A stretch of DNA of 64,000 nt from contig DAOVIO010000008.1 in the NCBI GenBank assembly GCA_030673645.1, forward strand, positions 487-64,486. The letters run 5' to 3'. Numbering within the stretch: position 1 is the first letter of the stretch; each line of letters starts with the position of its first letter. Below are positions 11,076-22,828 of this stretch, one piece after another. This DNA is from Bacteroidales bacterium (GTDB lineage: Bacteria > Bacteroidota > Bacteroidia > Bacteroidales > GCA-2748055). A program made the position numbers and the translations under genes. Below the pieces are notes generated by a model, which ran no database searches, had not been told where the DNA came from, and was given only the letters and a program-made list of their open reading frames with translations.

Positions 11076-14000
11076 ATGACCGACTCAATGCTTAAAGCTA
11101 TAATGAAGCTATTTGCTATCCTTGCAAGTATAAACAAGGATGTTGCTCAGGTAATCTCACGTAATTTTGTAGAATCATTTCTTAGGACTCAGTTCACTGA
11201 TAAAATTGTTGATGAATCAATTCTTATTTTCAATAAAGAGATAGATAGACTAGAAAGACTTGCTGGACTTAATGATACCAAAAGGACTTCTGCAATGTCG
11301 GTTAAAATATTAACCATTTGTAATCATATTAATCTTGAGCTTCATATAAAAAATAAATTCCTGATATTATTAAGCTTGATTAAATTTTCAAAATATTTTG
11401 ATGATCAAGCTGATTCTGATTCTGATTTCAAACAAGCGATAAGTGACACCGTTAAAACTATCTCACAAGAGTTAGCTATACGAGAAAATGAATACGAAAA
11501 TTGTAAAGCGTTTATATCGGATAAATTTTATCGGGTTCCGGAAAAGGAAAAACTATTTGTTGTTAGTGATGAGAGTAACTTTAGTTTTGACAAAATAAAT
11601 CATCTGTATAGAGAAAATATTGAGATTCAGATTTTCTTTCTGAAAATACAACAAGCAGATTTATATTTATTTTATTTTTGGGGGAGCGGAAAGATTGAAT
11701 TTGCAGGAAAAATTATACATCCTAATCATGTTTATTTTTTTGCAAAAGGTCAGGCTTTAAAAATTGAAGGAGTTAATACTGTCTATTATATCGACATCCT
11801 TAACGGATTCAGAAATAGATTAATTACAGAGCATGTCAGCTTTATTGCAAAAAACATTGAATTCCGGTATCCTAAAAGTAATAATGGAATTCATAAATTA
11901 AATTTTAAAGCTGAATCAGGTGAACTTATTGGGATAATGGGTGGCAGCGGGACAGGTAAATCTACGCTTATCAGACTTTTAAGTGGGAATTTTGCTCCCG
12001 ATGAGGGAAATATATACATTAATGGTCATGATTTGATTAAAAGCGAATCGAAAATTAAAGGAATTATAGGCTATGTTCCTCAGGGCGACATGTTAATCGA
12101 GGATTTAACAGTTTACGAAAACTTGTATTACAATGCAAAATTATGCCTTGGTAACCTAAATGATAATCAAATACATGAAACTGTTTCTAATGCCCTGAAT
12201 AAGTTTGATCTGTTTTATGTAAAAGATCTTAAAGTTGGTTCTCCTATAAATAAATTTATTAGCGGTGGTCAGAGAAAAAGGCTCAACATTGCTCTGGAGT
12301 TAATAATTGAGCCATATTTATTATTTGCTGATGAACCAACATCGGGGCTATCCTCCTCCGATTCTGAAAATGTTATGCACCTCTTAAAAGAGCATGCCAA
12401 TCAGGGAAAAATTGTAATACTTAACATTCATCAACCTTCATCGGAATTATTTAAGATGTTGGATAAATTATTAATCTTAGATAAAGGTGGTTATCCTGTC
12501 TATTTAGGAAATCCCATAGATGCTTTTTCATATCTGAAGGAAATGGCCAGCAGGGTAGATGCCTCTGAAATTGAATGTTTATCCTGTGGAAACGTTCAAA
12601 CAGATGATGTATTGAAAGTAATTGAAACAAAAAACGTAAATGAGTTTGGCGAATTTACAACTGAAAGGTTAATTCCTTCGGAAAAATGGTATTCATTATT
12701 TTTAAAAAATATTCAGGATAAAATACCACTAAAAACAGAATTAAAAGAAATCCCAGCTCTGAAATTTAAGTCGCCAGGAGTTTTTAAACAATTTCTAATT
12801 TATAGTAAAAGAAATTTCTTCACTAAACTTGCCGATAAGCAATTTCTGATTTTCTCTTTATCTATAGCTCCTGTTCTTGCTTTTATTATTGGATTCTTTA
12901 CTAAATATGTAAGTGGTGATGGTAATGACGCCACAGAATACGTATTTAGAAATAATGAGAACCTACCAGCCTATATTTTCATGGCTGTTATATTTGCACT
13001 GTTTGTCGGATTAATTATTAGTGCAGAAGAAATAATAAAAGACAGGCAAATTCTAATCAGAGAAAAGTTTTTAAATCTCAGCAGGGTTTCATATTTAAAT
13101 TCTAAAATTATTTTTTTGTTCAGTCTTACTGCACTTCAAATGTTTGTATTTGTAGTTATTGGGAATGGAATCCTTGAGGTAAAAAACTTGAATTTTAGTT
13201 ATTGGCTGGTTTTATTTTCAACAAGTAGTTTTGCTGTAATGCTTGGACTTAATATTTCATCAGGACTTAAATCGGTTGTTGCTATATATATAAATATCCC
13301 ATTTATTTTGGTCCCGTTAATATTACTTTCCGGTGTTATTGTAAAATATGATAAACTGCATTATAAAGTGTCTTCTGCTGAATACGTGCCTGTTTCAGGA
13401 GATCTGATGGCATCGAGATGGGCATATGAGGCTTTAGTTGTAAATCAATTTAAAAATAATAATTACGAAAAATATTTTTATGATATAAACAAAGAATCTT
13501 CTAATCTCTTATATGAACTAAACTTTCTTATCCCGGCCATAAACAATAAAATATATGATTATGAGAGATATTTAATAAAGGAGAAAGGATCTGAAAATTA
13601 TTTTAATTGTTTGTCGATCCTGGAAAATGCGATCGTGGAAATTGAAGGTATTGAGTTTGATGATTACACAATCGATGAACCAGTAATATCTATTGACGCT
13701 GAGAAACTTAAATTGGATATTGAAATTAAACGAAGTTTCCTTATTATAGAAACAAACATACTTGCGGCTGATAAGGATGAAATTATTAACAAACTTATTA
13801 ATTCGGGTACTGCATTAGAAGAAATTGTAAAACTCAAATCAGAAAATTATAATAAAACAATTGCCGATCTGGTATTAAATAATAATGAACTTATTAAGAT
13901 AAAAGAGCAAGGTGAAAAACTTATAAGAAAAGATAGTCCAATATACTATTATCCTTCTTCTGACTATGGGAGGGCACATTTCTATTCTGATATTAAAAGA

Positions 14001-14135
14001 ATAGGCAAATGGGATATCGATACATTATGGTTCAATATATCTATATTGTGGCTTATGACTTTAGTATTATATTTATCATTGATAACAGATTTTCTAAAAA
14101 AAATGATTAATTTGCTTAATCGCTCGTACAAATAA
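11076..14135 (+). CDS. Large fused ABC transporter (N-terminal regulatory region, ABC ATPase, ABC-2/ABCG-type permease with a long extracytoplasmic insert)
   Basis: Walker A is GGSGTGKSTLIRLLSG, the signature is ISGGQRKRLNIALEL and Walker B is LLFADEPTSGLS. Multiple TM helices follow residue 590. About 260 aa of N-terminal extension precede the ATPase. Confidence 0.85.
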   Translation: MTDSMLKAIMKLFAILASINKDVAQVISRNFVESFLRTQFTDKIVDESILIFNKEIDRLERLAGLNDTKRTSAMSVKILTICNHINLELHIKNKFLILLSLIKFSKYFDDQADSDSDFKQAISDTVKTISQELAIRENEYENCKAFISDKFYRVPEKEKLFVVSDESNFSFDKINHLYRENIEIQIFFLKIQQADLYLFYFWGSGKIEFAGKIIHPNHVYFFAKGQALKIEGVNTVYYIDILNGFRNRLITEHVSFIAKNIEFRYPKSNNGIHKLNFKAESGELIGIMGGSGTGKSTLIRLLSGNFAPDEGNIYINGHDLIKSESKIKGIIGYVPQGDMLIEDLTVYENLYYNAKLCLGNLNDNQIHETVSNALNKFDLFYVKDLKVGSPINKFISGGQRKRLNIALELIIEPYLLFADEPTSGLSSSDSENVMHLLKEHANQGKIVILNIHQPSSELFKMLDKLLILDKGGYPVYLGNPIDAFSYLKEMASRVDASEIECLSCGNVQTDDVLKVIETKNVNEFGEFTTERLIPSEKWYSLFLKNIQDKIPLKTELKEIPALKFKSPGVFKQFLIYSKRNFFTKLADKQFLIFSLSIAPVLAFIIGFFTKYVSGDGNDATEYVFRNNENLPAYIFMAVIFALFVGLIISAEEIIKDRQILIREKFLNLSRVSYLNSKIIFLFSLTALQMFVFVVIGNGILEVKNLNFSYWLVLFSTSSFAVMLGLNISSGLKSVVAIYINIPFILVPLILLSGVIVKYDKLHYKVSSAEYVPVSGDLMASRWAYEALVVNQFKNNNYEKYFYDINKESSNLLYELNFLIPAINNKIYDYERYLIKEKGSENYFNCLSILENAIVEIEGIEFDDYTIDEPVISIDAEKLKLDIEIKRSFLIIETNILAADKDEIINKLINSGTALEEIVKLKSENYNKTIADLVLNNNELIKIKEQGEKLIRKDSPIYYYPSSDYGRAHFYSDIKRIGKWDIDTLWFNISILWLMTLVLYLSLITDFLKKMINLLNRSYK

Positions 14136-14257
14136 AAATATTCGAATTTTGCTATGCAATTTTAATATTGAGAGGAGTGAAATTAGTAATTATCCTAAGA
14201 AGCTAGATAACTAATTAAATACAGTTAATTATATGGCTTCTGTCAAATATCAATAAT

Positions 14258-15169
14258 ATGAAAATATTTATAAAAAACTTTCTATGGATGATGATCGGGC
14301 TAATTATGATAATTGGATTTTCATCTTGTACCAACACAGGAAAAGAAACTAATAACGGCAATAGAGAGCAAATTGAAGATTTAAGCAATTCTGAAACAGA
14401 CTCATATGATGATGAATTGACATTTTTTCTTCTACCATCGCCTGGTGAAATTATCGAAAGGTTAAAAGAAGCTAATATTGTATATGGAAAGAAATTTACC
14501 AATCCGATATCTAATAGTAATAATTATATTGGTTTACAATCTCAAGCTTTAAATCTGGGTATTTATGTTACCGATATGGCTTATTCAGCTGTTTTTACTA
14601 GATCCGCAGAGACCATTGAATATCTCAATATTATTCAAACTATGGGTAATGAAATTAATATTTCTTCTAGCGCTTTTAAATCACTGGTAGAAAGGTCAAA
14701 GGCGAATATTGGTAATATGGATTCATTAATTCTTATCTCAAACGATGCCTTTTATAATATGATTGATTTTCTGGAATCAGGTGGTAAGGAAAATATTATT
14801 TCTCTCATCTCTGCAGGAGCCTACCTTGAAAGCATATATTTAGCAGTATGTTCCGTTGAAGAATATGAAGCAGATAACGATATTTTAAACCAGATAATGG
14901 ACCTGAAATATCCTCTGGATAATTTGAGGGAACGTGCCTCAATAATAAAAAACGATCCTAGTATTACCCAAACCATTACTTTTCTTAATAAGATTGATTC
15001 AATATTTAGTGAATTCAATATTATCGATGAAGAAATGGAGGTGACTGAGACGAATGAAGGTGGAATTAATATTAGTGGTGGTGAGTTAATTAGGTTGAAT
15101 GAAGATGATTTTCTATTATTGAAAAATAAAATAATGGAAATGCGAAACTCTATTGTGAAAATAAAGTAA
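14258..15169 (+). CDS. Hypothetical lipoprotein
   Basis: The lipobox-like signal is IMIIGFSSCTN. No domain was recognised. Confidence 0.6.
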   Translation: MKIFIKNFLWMMIGLIMIIGFSSCTNTGKETNNGNREQIEDLSNSETDSYDDELTFFLLPSPGEIIERLKEANIVYGKKFTNPISNSNNYIGLQSQALNLGIYVTDMAYSAVFTRSAETIEYLNIIQTMGNEINISSSAFKSLVERSKANIGNMDSLILISNDAFYNMIDFLESGGKENIISLISAGAYLESIYLAVCSVEEYEADNDILNQIMDLKYPLDNLRERASIIKNDPSITQTITFLNKIDSIFSEFNIIDEEMEVTETNEGGINISGGELIRLNEDDFLLLKNKIMEMRNSIVKIK

Positions 15170-15181
15170 AAAATTGATAAA

Positions 15182-15649
15182 ATGTATATGAAGAATTTAA
15201 TATATATTGGGATAATATTTACCCTTAGCTTCTCTGTTATTGCTGAGACTAAAGCACAGAATTGTAAGAAGTTCCACCTTTATAGTTATTGTATGCAGAG
15301 TCCTGGCCCAAAATATAAGATGGAGGGGCAATCAAGAAGTAATATTATTGGTCTGGGGGATAAATTAATTTATAGTGTTGTATTCTATGGAGAAAGGCAT
15401 TATCAACTTTACTTTTGTGCAAGTAAAGAGTTTGTGCCAATTCATTATGTTTTACGCGATGCTAATACAAATGAACTTATATATGACAATAAGAAAGACG
15501 ACTATGTTGAAACAATAGAGCTTAATATTGAAAATACAAGTCGAATAAAAATTGAAGTATCTGTCCTTGGATCAGAACAAGATAGAGAAACATTAGATGA
15601 ATATTTTGGATGTTTGGGATTCCTAATGCTATATAAGAAAGCCTCCTAA
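15182..15649 (+). CDS. Hypothetical secreted protein
   Basis: Has a signal peptide ending AETKAQ and lies close behind the previous gene on the same strand. Confidence 0.5.
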   Translation: MYMKNLIYIGIIFTLSFSVIAETKAQNCKKFHLYSYCMQSPGPKYKMEGQSRSNIIGLGDKLIYSVVFYGERHYQLYFCASKEFVPIHYVLRDANTNELIYDNKKDDYVETIELNIENTSRIKIEVSVLGSEQDRETLDEYFGCLGFLMLYKKAS

Positions 15650-15674
15650 ACTAAACTGTTCTAAAATAATAATT

Positions 15675-16556
15675 CTAAAAATTTTCCAATAGTTTGTCAA
15701 CGCGGTTAAATAATGACTCACTAGCCTTTATAAGTGGAAGTCTTACTTTATCAGTGCAAATATCTGCTCGACTAAGAAAAGCTTTTACTCCTGCAGGATT
15801 CCCCTCTGCGAACATTGCATCAATAACAGGAATCATCGTATAATGAATTTTCCTCGATTCCTCTATCTTATTTGAAAGAGCTAATCTAACCATTTCTGAA
15901 AATGCTTTCGGAAAAGCATTGCCAACTACAGAAATTACTCCCGACCCCCCCAGGCTTATCATAGGAAAAGTAATTGCGTCATCACCCGACACAACATGAA
16001 AATTCTTTGGTTTATTTCTGATTATCTCCATAATCTGAGCGAAGTCACCAGAAGCTTCCTTAATTGCTACAATATTCTCAAATTCATTTGCCAGCTTAAG
16101 ACAAGTTTCGGTAGAAATATTTGAACTGGTTCTTCCAGGTACATTATATAGAACTACTGGTAATGGGGAAGCCTGTGAAACAGCTTTGAAATGTTCGTAA
16201 ATACCCTCCTGGGTAGGTTTGTTATAATAAGGTGCAACAGACAATATCCCATCAATACTACTGAAGTCATAGTTTGAAATGTCCCGTACCAGTGCATTAG
16301 TATCATTTCCTCCCATTCCTATAATAATCGGGACTCTATGCGCATTAATCTTAATTATCGCCCTAACAACATCTTCCTTTTCTTTGGATGATAGAACAGG
16401 CGTTTCAGCCGTAGTGCCCAGAGCAACCAGATATTCAACTCCTCCATTAATTACATGATTGACTAATTTTTCAAGAGAATCAAAATCAATTTCACCACTA
16501 TCTGTAAATGGAGTAACGAGTGCAACCCCTGTTCCTCTAAAATTAATCTCTGCCAT
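15675..16556 (-). CDS. dapA: 4-hydroxy-tetrahydrodipicolinate synthase
   Basis: GTGVALVTPF, ALGTTAE, YNVPGRT and the active-site Lys context VAIKEASGD are the typical DapA pattern. Length is 293 aa. Confidence 0.93.
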   Translation of the reverse strand: MAEINFRGTGVALVTPFTDSGEIDFDSLEKLVNHVINGGVEYLVALGTTAETPVLSSKEKEDVVRAIIKINAHRVPIIIGMGGNDTNALVRDISNYDFSSIDGILSVAPYYNKPTQEGIYEHFKAVSQASPLPVVLYNVPGRTSSNISTETCLKLANEFENIVAIKEASGDFAQIMEIIRNKPKNFHVVSGDDAITFPMISLGGSGVISVVGNAFPKAFSEMVRLALSNKIEESRKIHYTMIPVIDAMFAEGNPAGVKAFLSRADICTDKVRLPLIKASESLFNRVDKLLENF

Positions 16557-16576
16557 AAGGTATATTTATTTTTATT

Positions 16577-17125
16577 TTATTCCGATTTATTTAGCATCGA
16601 AACATAATTAATAACTTGTTCCAAAAGGTACTTTACTGAATTGTCTTGTTCAATGTTTATCATCATATCCAGATCATTTTCACCTTCTCTGAATTTCCCA
16701 ACTTTAAATTGGGCGCTGGAAAGACTGATAATGTATGAAGAAGTTATATGATCGCTTAAACTCAGATCAAATAATATATCAAATTTCTTTGCTATAAAAT
16801 CTTCAGCAATTTGATCTTTAGGACGAAATTTCCAATCAAGATCACTATTACTTAAGACATTACATGCATCCCATAATAATAACTCGCCAGGAACTTCATC
16901 TGAATTTATATAGCACAAAATTTCAGTTTTAATTTTATTGTATTCTAATCGATTACAGAAGTGCCTGATTTTCCCTAATGATTCCGTATCATTACAATCA
17001 AAGAATATCCCAACCGATTTTGCAGTAGAAAAATTATAAACTTTACGGTTTCTTACAAGTGATTTCTTCTTCTTTCGAATACTAAACCTTGTAAGTGATT
17101 TTCTGGGCTTAACAAATATTTTCAC
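16577..17125 (-). CDS. Conserved hypothetical protein
   Basis: A 182 aa ORF packed between ligA and dapA on the same strand. No motif was recognised. Confidence 0.55.
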   Translation of the reverse strand: MKIFVKPRKSLTRFSIRKKKKSLVRNRKVYNFSTAKSVGIFFDCNDTESLGKIRHFCNRLEYNKIKTEILCYINSDEVPGELLLWDACNVLSNSDLDWKFRPKDQIAEDFIAKKFDILFDLSLSDHITSSYIISLSSAQFKVGKFREGENDLDMMINIEQDNSVKYLLEQVINYVSMLNKSE

Positions 17126-17166
17126 AATTCAAAAATACTAATTTTACGCTGAAATAGCTACTTTCT

Positions 17167-19284
<2,118 letters not shown>

Positions 19285-19409
19285 TCAGGTTTTTCTTCCA
19301 CTAGCACACCAGCACACAAATACAGCCTCTGTTAATAAAGAAATACAAAAAATAAAACATACCACTCCTCCACAAGAAATAATTCCATACATTTACATAT
19401 TCGGTTTTA

Positions 19410-19600
19410 TGCAATCGAGAGATTGTTGAACTAAGAGGGAATGCCGTGCCTGGTGGAATGATATGAATTTCACCGGAAATCGGCAACAGTACCCGCTGCT
19501 GTGATCTCCTTAATTTTCTGAATATTTTGTACCACTGTAAGTGTTAATAATTATGGGAAGGTTATTTGGAAAAGGAGTAAGTCAGAAGACCTGCCGAATT
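19410..19600 (+). promoter_or_regulatory. Cobalamin (B12) riboswitch
   Basis: The conserved core elements are read directly: AAGAGGGAAUGCCGUG, GGUGGAAU...CACC, CAGUACCCGCUGCUGU, CCACUGUAAG...UGGGAAGG. The B12 box AAGUCAGAAGACCUGCC is at 19579-19595. It is oriented toward the + strand transport locus. The boundaries are approximate. Confidence 0.8.
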
Positions 19601-19621
19601 AGTCAAAAAAGGCTATGTTAA

Positions 19622-19893
19622 ACGTAATGGTGATTGTTAATTTATTTTGTGTTTGCATGCTTGCTGATGGTGGTTACTTGTTGCTGGTTTCTAGTTACTG
19701 GTTTCTAGTTGCTGGTTACTTGTTAACTTCTTTCAGTAATTGAGCTCTTTGCGATTGGATGAAGTTTAAGGTTTAACTCCTTACAGTCGTTGAGCTCGCT
19801 ACGCTCGGTTGAGGTTTGAGAAGTTTTGCTCTTTTCTTCCCAGCAACCAGTAAACAGCACCCAGCAACTTTCCAAAAACCACCATTACAAGAT
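19622..19893. repeat. Nested inverted-repeat element (MITE-like)
   Basis: The outer arms are GTAATGGTGATTG (19624-) and CACCATTAC (19880-). The inner arms are built from GTTGCTGGTTAC words (19661-19725) against CCCAGCAACCAGTAAACAGCACCCAGCAAC (19838-19868). Two tandem copies of a roughly 34 nt module (19727-19758 and 19777-19810) lie between the arms. Confidence 0.7.
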
Positions 19894-20000
19894 AACATAG
19901 CTTAGTTATCTAGGCTTTCGGGGAATGAAGCAAAAACCATCTATCCTCCCTTGCATAGATTATTGGCTGTAAATCATTATTAACTTTTAATTTTATTAAA

Positions 20001-20729
20001 ATGAGAGCAAAAATTATTTTTATGGCATCTGCAGTAAGTGTATTATTTTTTTCAGCTTGTGAAAAAGACAAACTTGTAGAAGATAGAATTACCTTCGAAG
20101 AATTTAATTTGGGTGAGTCCGGAGTCTATGATGGCTCAGATCTTAGTGGTGGATTTACAATAGGGAATGCAATATTCTCTAATACTTATAATGCTCAATG
20201 GGATTATTGGGAGAGTGGTTTTGTAATCTCAAACCATAATGATACTCAAACTGAAGGACCTTCAAACCTATATAGTTGTATTGCAGGAAGTGGAGCAAAT
20301 CTTTCTTCTAATTTTGCATTATTCTCAAGCTGGTCAAGTGACACACTGGAATTCATAATTCCCGAAAAAGTAACAAATATTTCTATATGCAACTCAACTT
20401 ATGCATATTATTCTATGCTTTATGGTGACGATTTTGCTAAACAATTTGGAGGAAACTCAGGGGATGAAAGTGATATTTTCAAATTGAAAATCTCTTGTCT
20501 TAACGATAACAATGAGATATGGGAAATTGAAATAAATCTTGCAGACTATACTTATGTTGACAATTCAGGCGACTATATTCTCGATAGCTGGCTAGATCTG
20601 GATCTCTCGGAAGTTGGTTATATTAAGTATATGTCATTTTCTTTTGAGTCGACCGACATGGGCGATTATGGAATAAATACACCTACATATGTATGCATAG
20701 ATAATATATTCGGGGAATTGAAGGAATAG
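20001..20729 (+). CDS. DUF4465-like lipoprotein, a family often adjacent to B12 uptake genes in Bacteroidota
   Basis: Lipobox LFFSACEKD. The pattern ITFEEF.L..SGVYDGSDLSGGF..GNAIFSN.Y...WDYWESGFVISNHND....GPSNLYSCIAGSGA matches my recollection of DUF4465. The family assignment needs an HMM check. Confidence 0.65.
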   Translation: MRAKIIFMASAVSVLFFSACEKDKLVEDRITFEEFNLGESGVYDGSDLSGGFTIGNAIFSNTYNAQWDYWESGFVISNHNDTQTEGPSNLYSCIAGSGANLSSNFALFSSWSSDTLEFIIPEKVTNISICNSTYAYYSMLYGDDFAKQFGGNSGDESDIFKLKISCLNDNNEIWEIEINLADYTYVDNSGDYILDSWLDLDLSEVGYIKYMSFSFESTDMGDYGINTPTYVCIDNIFGELKE

Positions 20730-20788
20730 TTTCAATCTTTACTTTCCATTCATTGTAAATAAATTATTTTTACATAAAACAATACGGA

Positions 20789-22828
20789 ATGAGAATTTTC
20801 CTTTTTATGCTACTATTAATTTCTTCTATTGATTTGTATTCACAAATTTCCCAAGGTGGAGAACCTCTATGGCCGGATAGTAAAAAGGCAAAATCAGTGT
20901 ATCAAATACCCCAAAAAGATATTATTAAAGCAATTCGGAGTGATTTTTCTGATGAGGAACAGATATATGGCAAAAAGCCTCTTAGAGTCGGAGTGAACCA
21001 TGATATGGATATTTCTCCCAAAAATGCGGGTGAATGGATTACTTTACCAAATGGTATGGAATTATGGCGAGTTGAATTTTTCTCTGATGATGCATTTGGT
21101 CTAAGCCTGGAGTTTGATGAATTTAAATTAAGTAAGGAGGCGATAATATTCTTGTATTCACCGGATAGAAAATATATTTTAGGCGGATTCAACCATTTAA
21201 CAAATAAGCAATCAGGAAAGCTCTCCACTGCATTCATTCCAGGCGAAGAATTGATTTTGGAAATGCAAGTTATGCCAGGTGAAGGATATGGAGATATGAA
21301 TATCGGAAGTATCACTCATGCATATGTTGATATTTTTGGGACATCCCAAAAAGATGGGTATTTTGGTAATTCGGGCGATTGTGAAATAGATATCAACTGT
21401 CCTTCTGGAAATGACTGGCAAATTGTGAAAAATGCAGTTTGCAGAATTATATTCAAAAGAAATGGTGTTTATACAGAAATATGTACAGGAAGTCTTGTGA
21501 ATAACACCTTACAGGACGAGACACCATATATATATACAGCAAATCACTGCATAAGTCGCGCATTAGAAGCTGGAAATGCAGTTTTTTATTTTGGGCTTGA
21601 AAGTGAAGAATGTGACGGAGTAGATCCTTTTCAAAATAGTGTATGGAACTATACTATTTCTTCCAGTGAGCTTTTAGCTACTTCAGATAGTCTGGATTTT
21701 AGTCTATTGCTTTTATCAGAGGATGTGCCAGATACTTATAATCCATATTATGCAGGATGGTCAATTTCAGATCTGCCTCCGGAAAATTCTGTTACGATTC
21801 ATCATCCTCAGGGAGACGTAAAAAAAATATCCAGAGATTTTGATCCGGCACTGATAGAGTATCAGACCATTAGTCCTCCTTCATGGTTAAGTAGAGGTAG
21901 TATTCCGGGCGCATTTTGGAGAATAGAAGAATGGGAAGAAGGCACAACTGAAGGAGGTTCTTCGGGTGCCCCTTTGTTTAATCATCAAAAATATATTGTG
22001 GGTAATTTAACAGGGGGTGATGCTAGTTGTTATAAATCGGTAAACGATTATTTTTCAAAGTTCTATTTAAACTGGAATTATTATCCGGATCCAGATATGC
22101 AATTAAAATATTGGCTTGATTCACTTAAAATAGGAGTGATTAGCTTGAATGGCATGAAACCTGGAAGCATGTTATATATGTATCAATATTTATTGCAGAA
22201 TCCGGGATATACCAAAATATTACAATACATTGAAAAGGCCGGATATACTAAGATTCTGAGCGAGGATGGCTTTTATACATTTTTTGCTCTTACTGATACG
22301 AGTATTGAGAAATTGCCTGAATGGTATCTGAACCTATTAGATTTCGGTCCCGATTATTTTGCTGTAGAATTTATTGAAAACTATCTTGTTTCAGGAAAAT
22401 ATGTGTATACCGATTTGCTTGAGGAACCTGTTCTGTCATCGTTTAATGATAACAATCTGACATTTAGTTCTTATGATGATCTGCATTTAAATGACAGTAT
22501 GCTGGTTGTGAATGATGAGATGACTTTGTCAAATGGAATTGTATTTCCTATAGATATCCTACATATTTCAGCTGATAAAAATTATAATAACTGGAATATT
22601 TATCCAAATCCAAATAATGGAGAATTCTTCATTTATACTGATGAAACAGTCCTTGAGAACCTGACAATCAAACTTTATAACAGGATGGGTAAAATGGTTG
22701 GAGAAAAGTATTTCAGCGATACTAATACTACATTATTTAATTTTTCTGACTTGCCTTCAGGGATATACATTGCAGAAATCCAATTGGGGAACAATATTAA
22801 TTATATGAAAGTAATTATTGTGAAGTGA
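20789..22828 (+). CDS. Secreted trypsin-like serine endopeptidase with a fasciclin (FAS1)-like domain and a T9SS C-terminal sorting domain
   Basis: The triad contexts are TANHC (His), LDFSLLLL (Asp) and TEGGSSGAPLF (Ser). The FAS1-like stretch is FYTFFALTDTSIEKLP...SNGIVFPIDIL. The C-terminus is NIYPNPNNGEFFIY...GIYIAEIQ...KVIIVK. Confidence 0.8.
   Translation: MRIFLFMLLLISSIDLYSQISQGGEPLWPDSKKAKSVYQIPQKDIIKAIRSDFSDEEQIYGKKPLRVGVNHDMDISPKNAGEWITLPNGMELWRVEFFSDDAFGLSLEFDEFKLSKEAIIFLYSPDRKYILGGFNHLTNKQSGKLSTAFIPGEELILEMQVMPGEGYGDMNIGSITHAYVDIFGTSQKDGYFGNSGDCEIDINCPSGNDWQIVKNAVCRIIFKRNGVYTEICTGSLVNNTLQDETPYIYTANHCISRALEAGNAVFYFGLESEECDGVDPFQNSVWNYTISSSELLATSDSLDFSLLLLSEDVPDTYNPYYAGWSISDLPPENSVTIHHPQGDVKKISRDFDPALIEYQTISPPSWLSRGSIPGAFWRIEEWEEGTTEGGSSGAPLFNHQKYIVGNLTGGDASCYKSVNDYFSKFYLNWNYYPDPDMQLKYWLDSLKIGVISLNGMKPGSMLYMYQYLLQNPGYTKILQYIEKAGYTKILSEDGFYTFFALTDTSIEKLPEWYLNLLDFGPDYFAVEFIENYLVSGKYVYTDLLEEPVLSSFNDNNLTFSSYDDLHLNDSMLVVNDEMTLSNGIVFPIDILHISADKNYNNWNIYPNPNNGEFFIYTDETVLENLTIKLYNRMGKMVGEKYFSDTNTTLFNFSDLPSGIYIAEIQLGNNINYMKVIIVK

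Noticed and set aside
19301-19486. 61 aa minus-strand ORF upstream of ligA
   Set aside because: It overlaps the cobalamin riboswitch core and the GTGTGCTG word repeat. It has no start context or coding-like composition.
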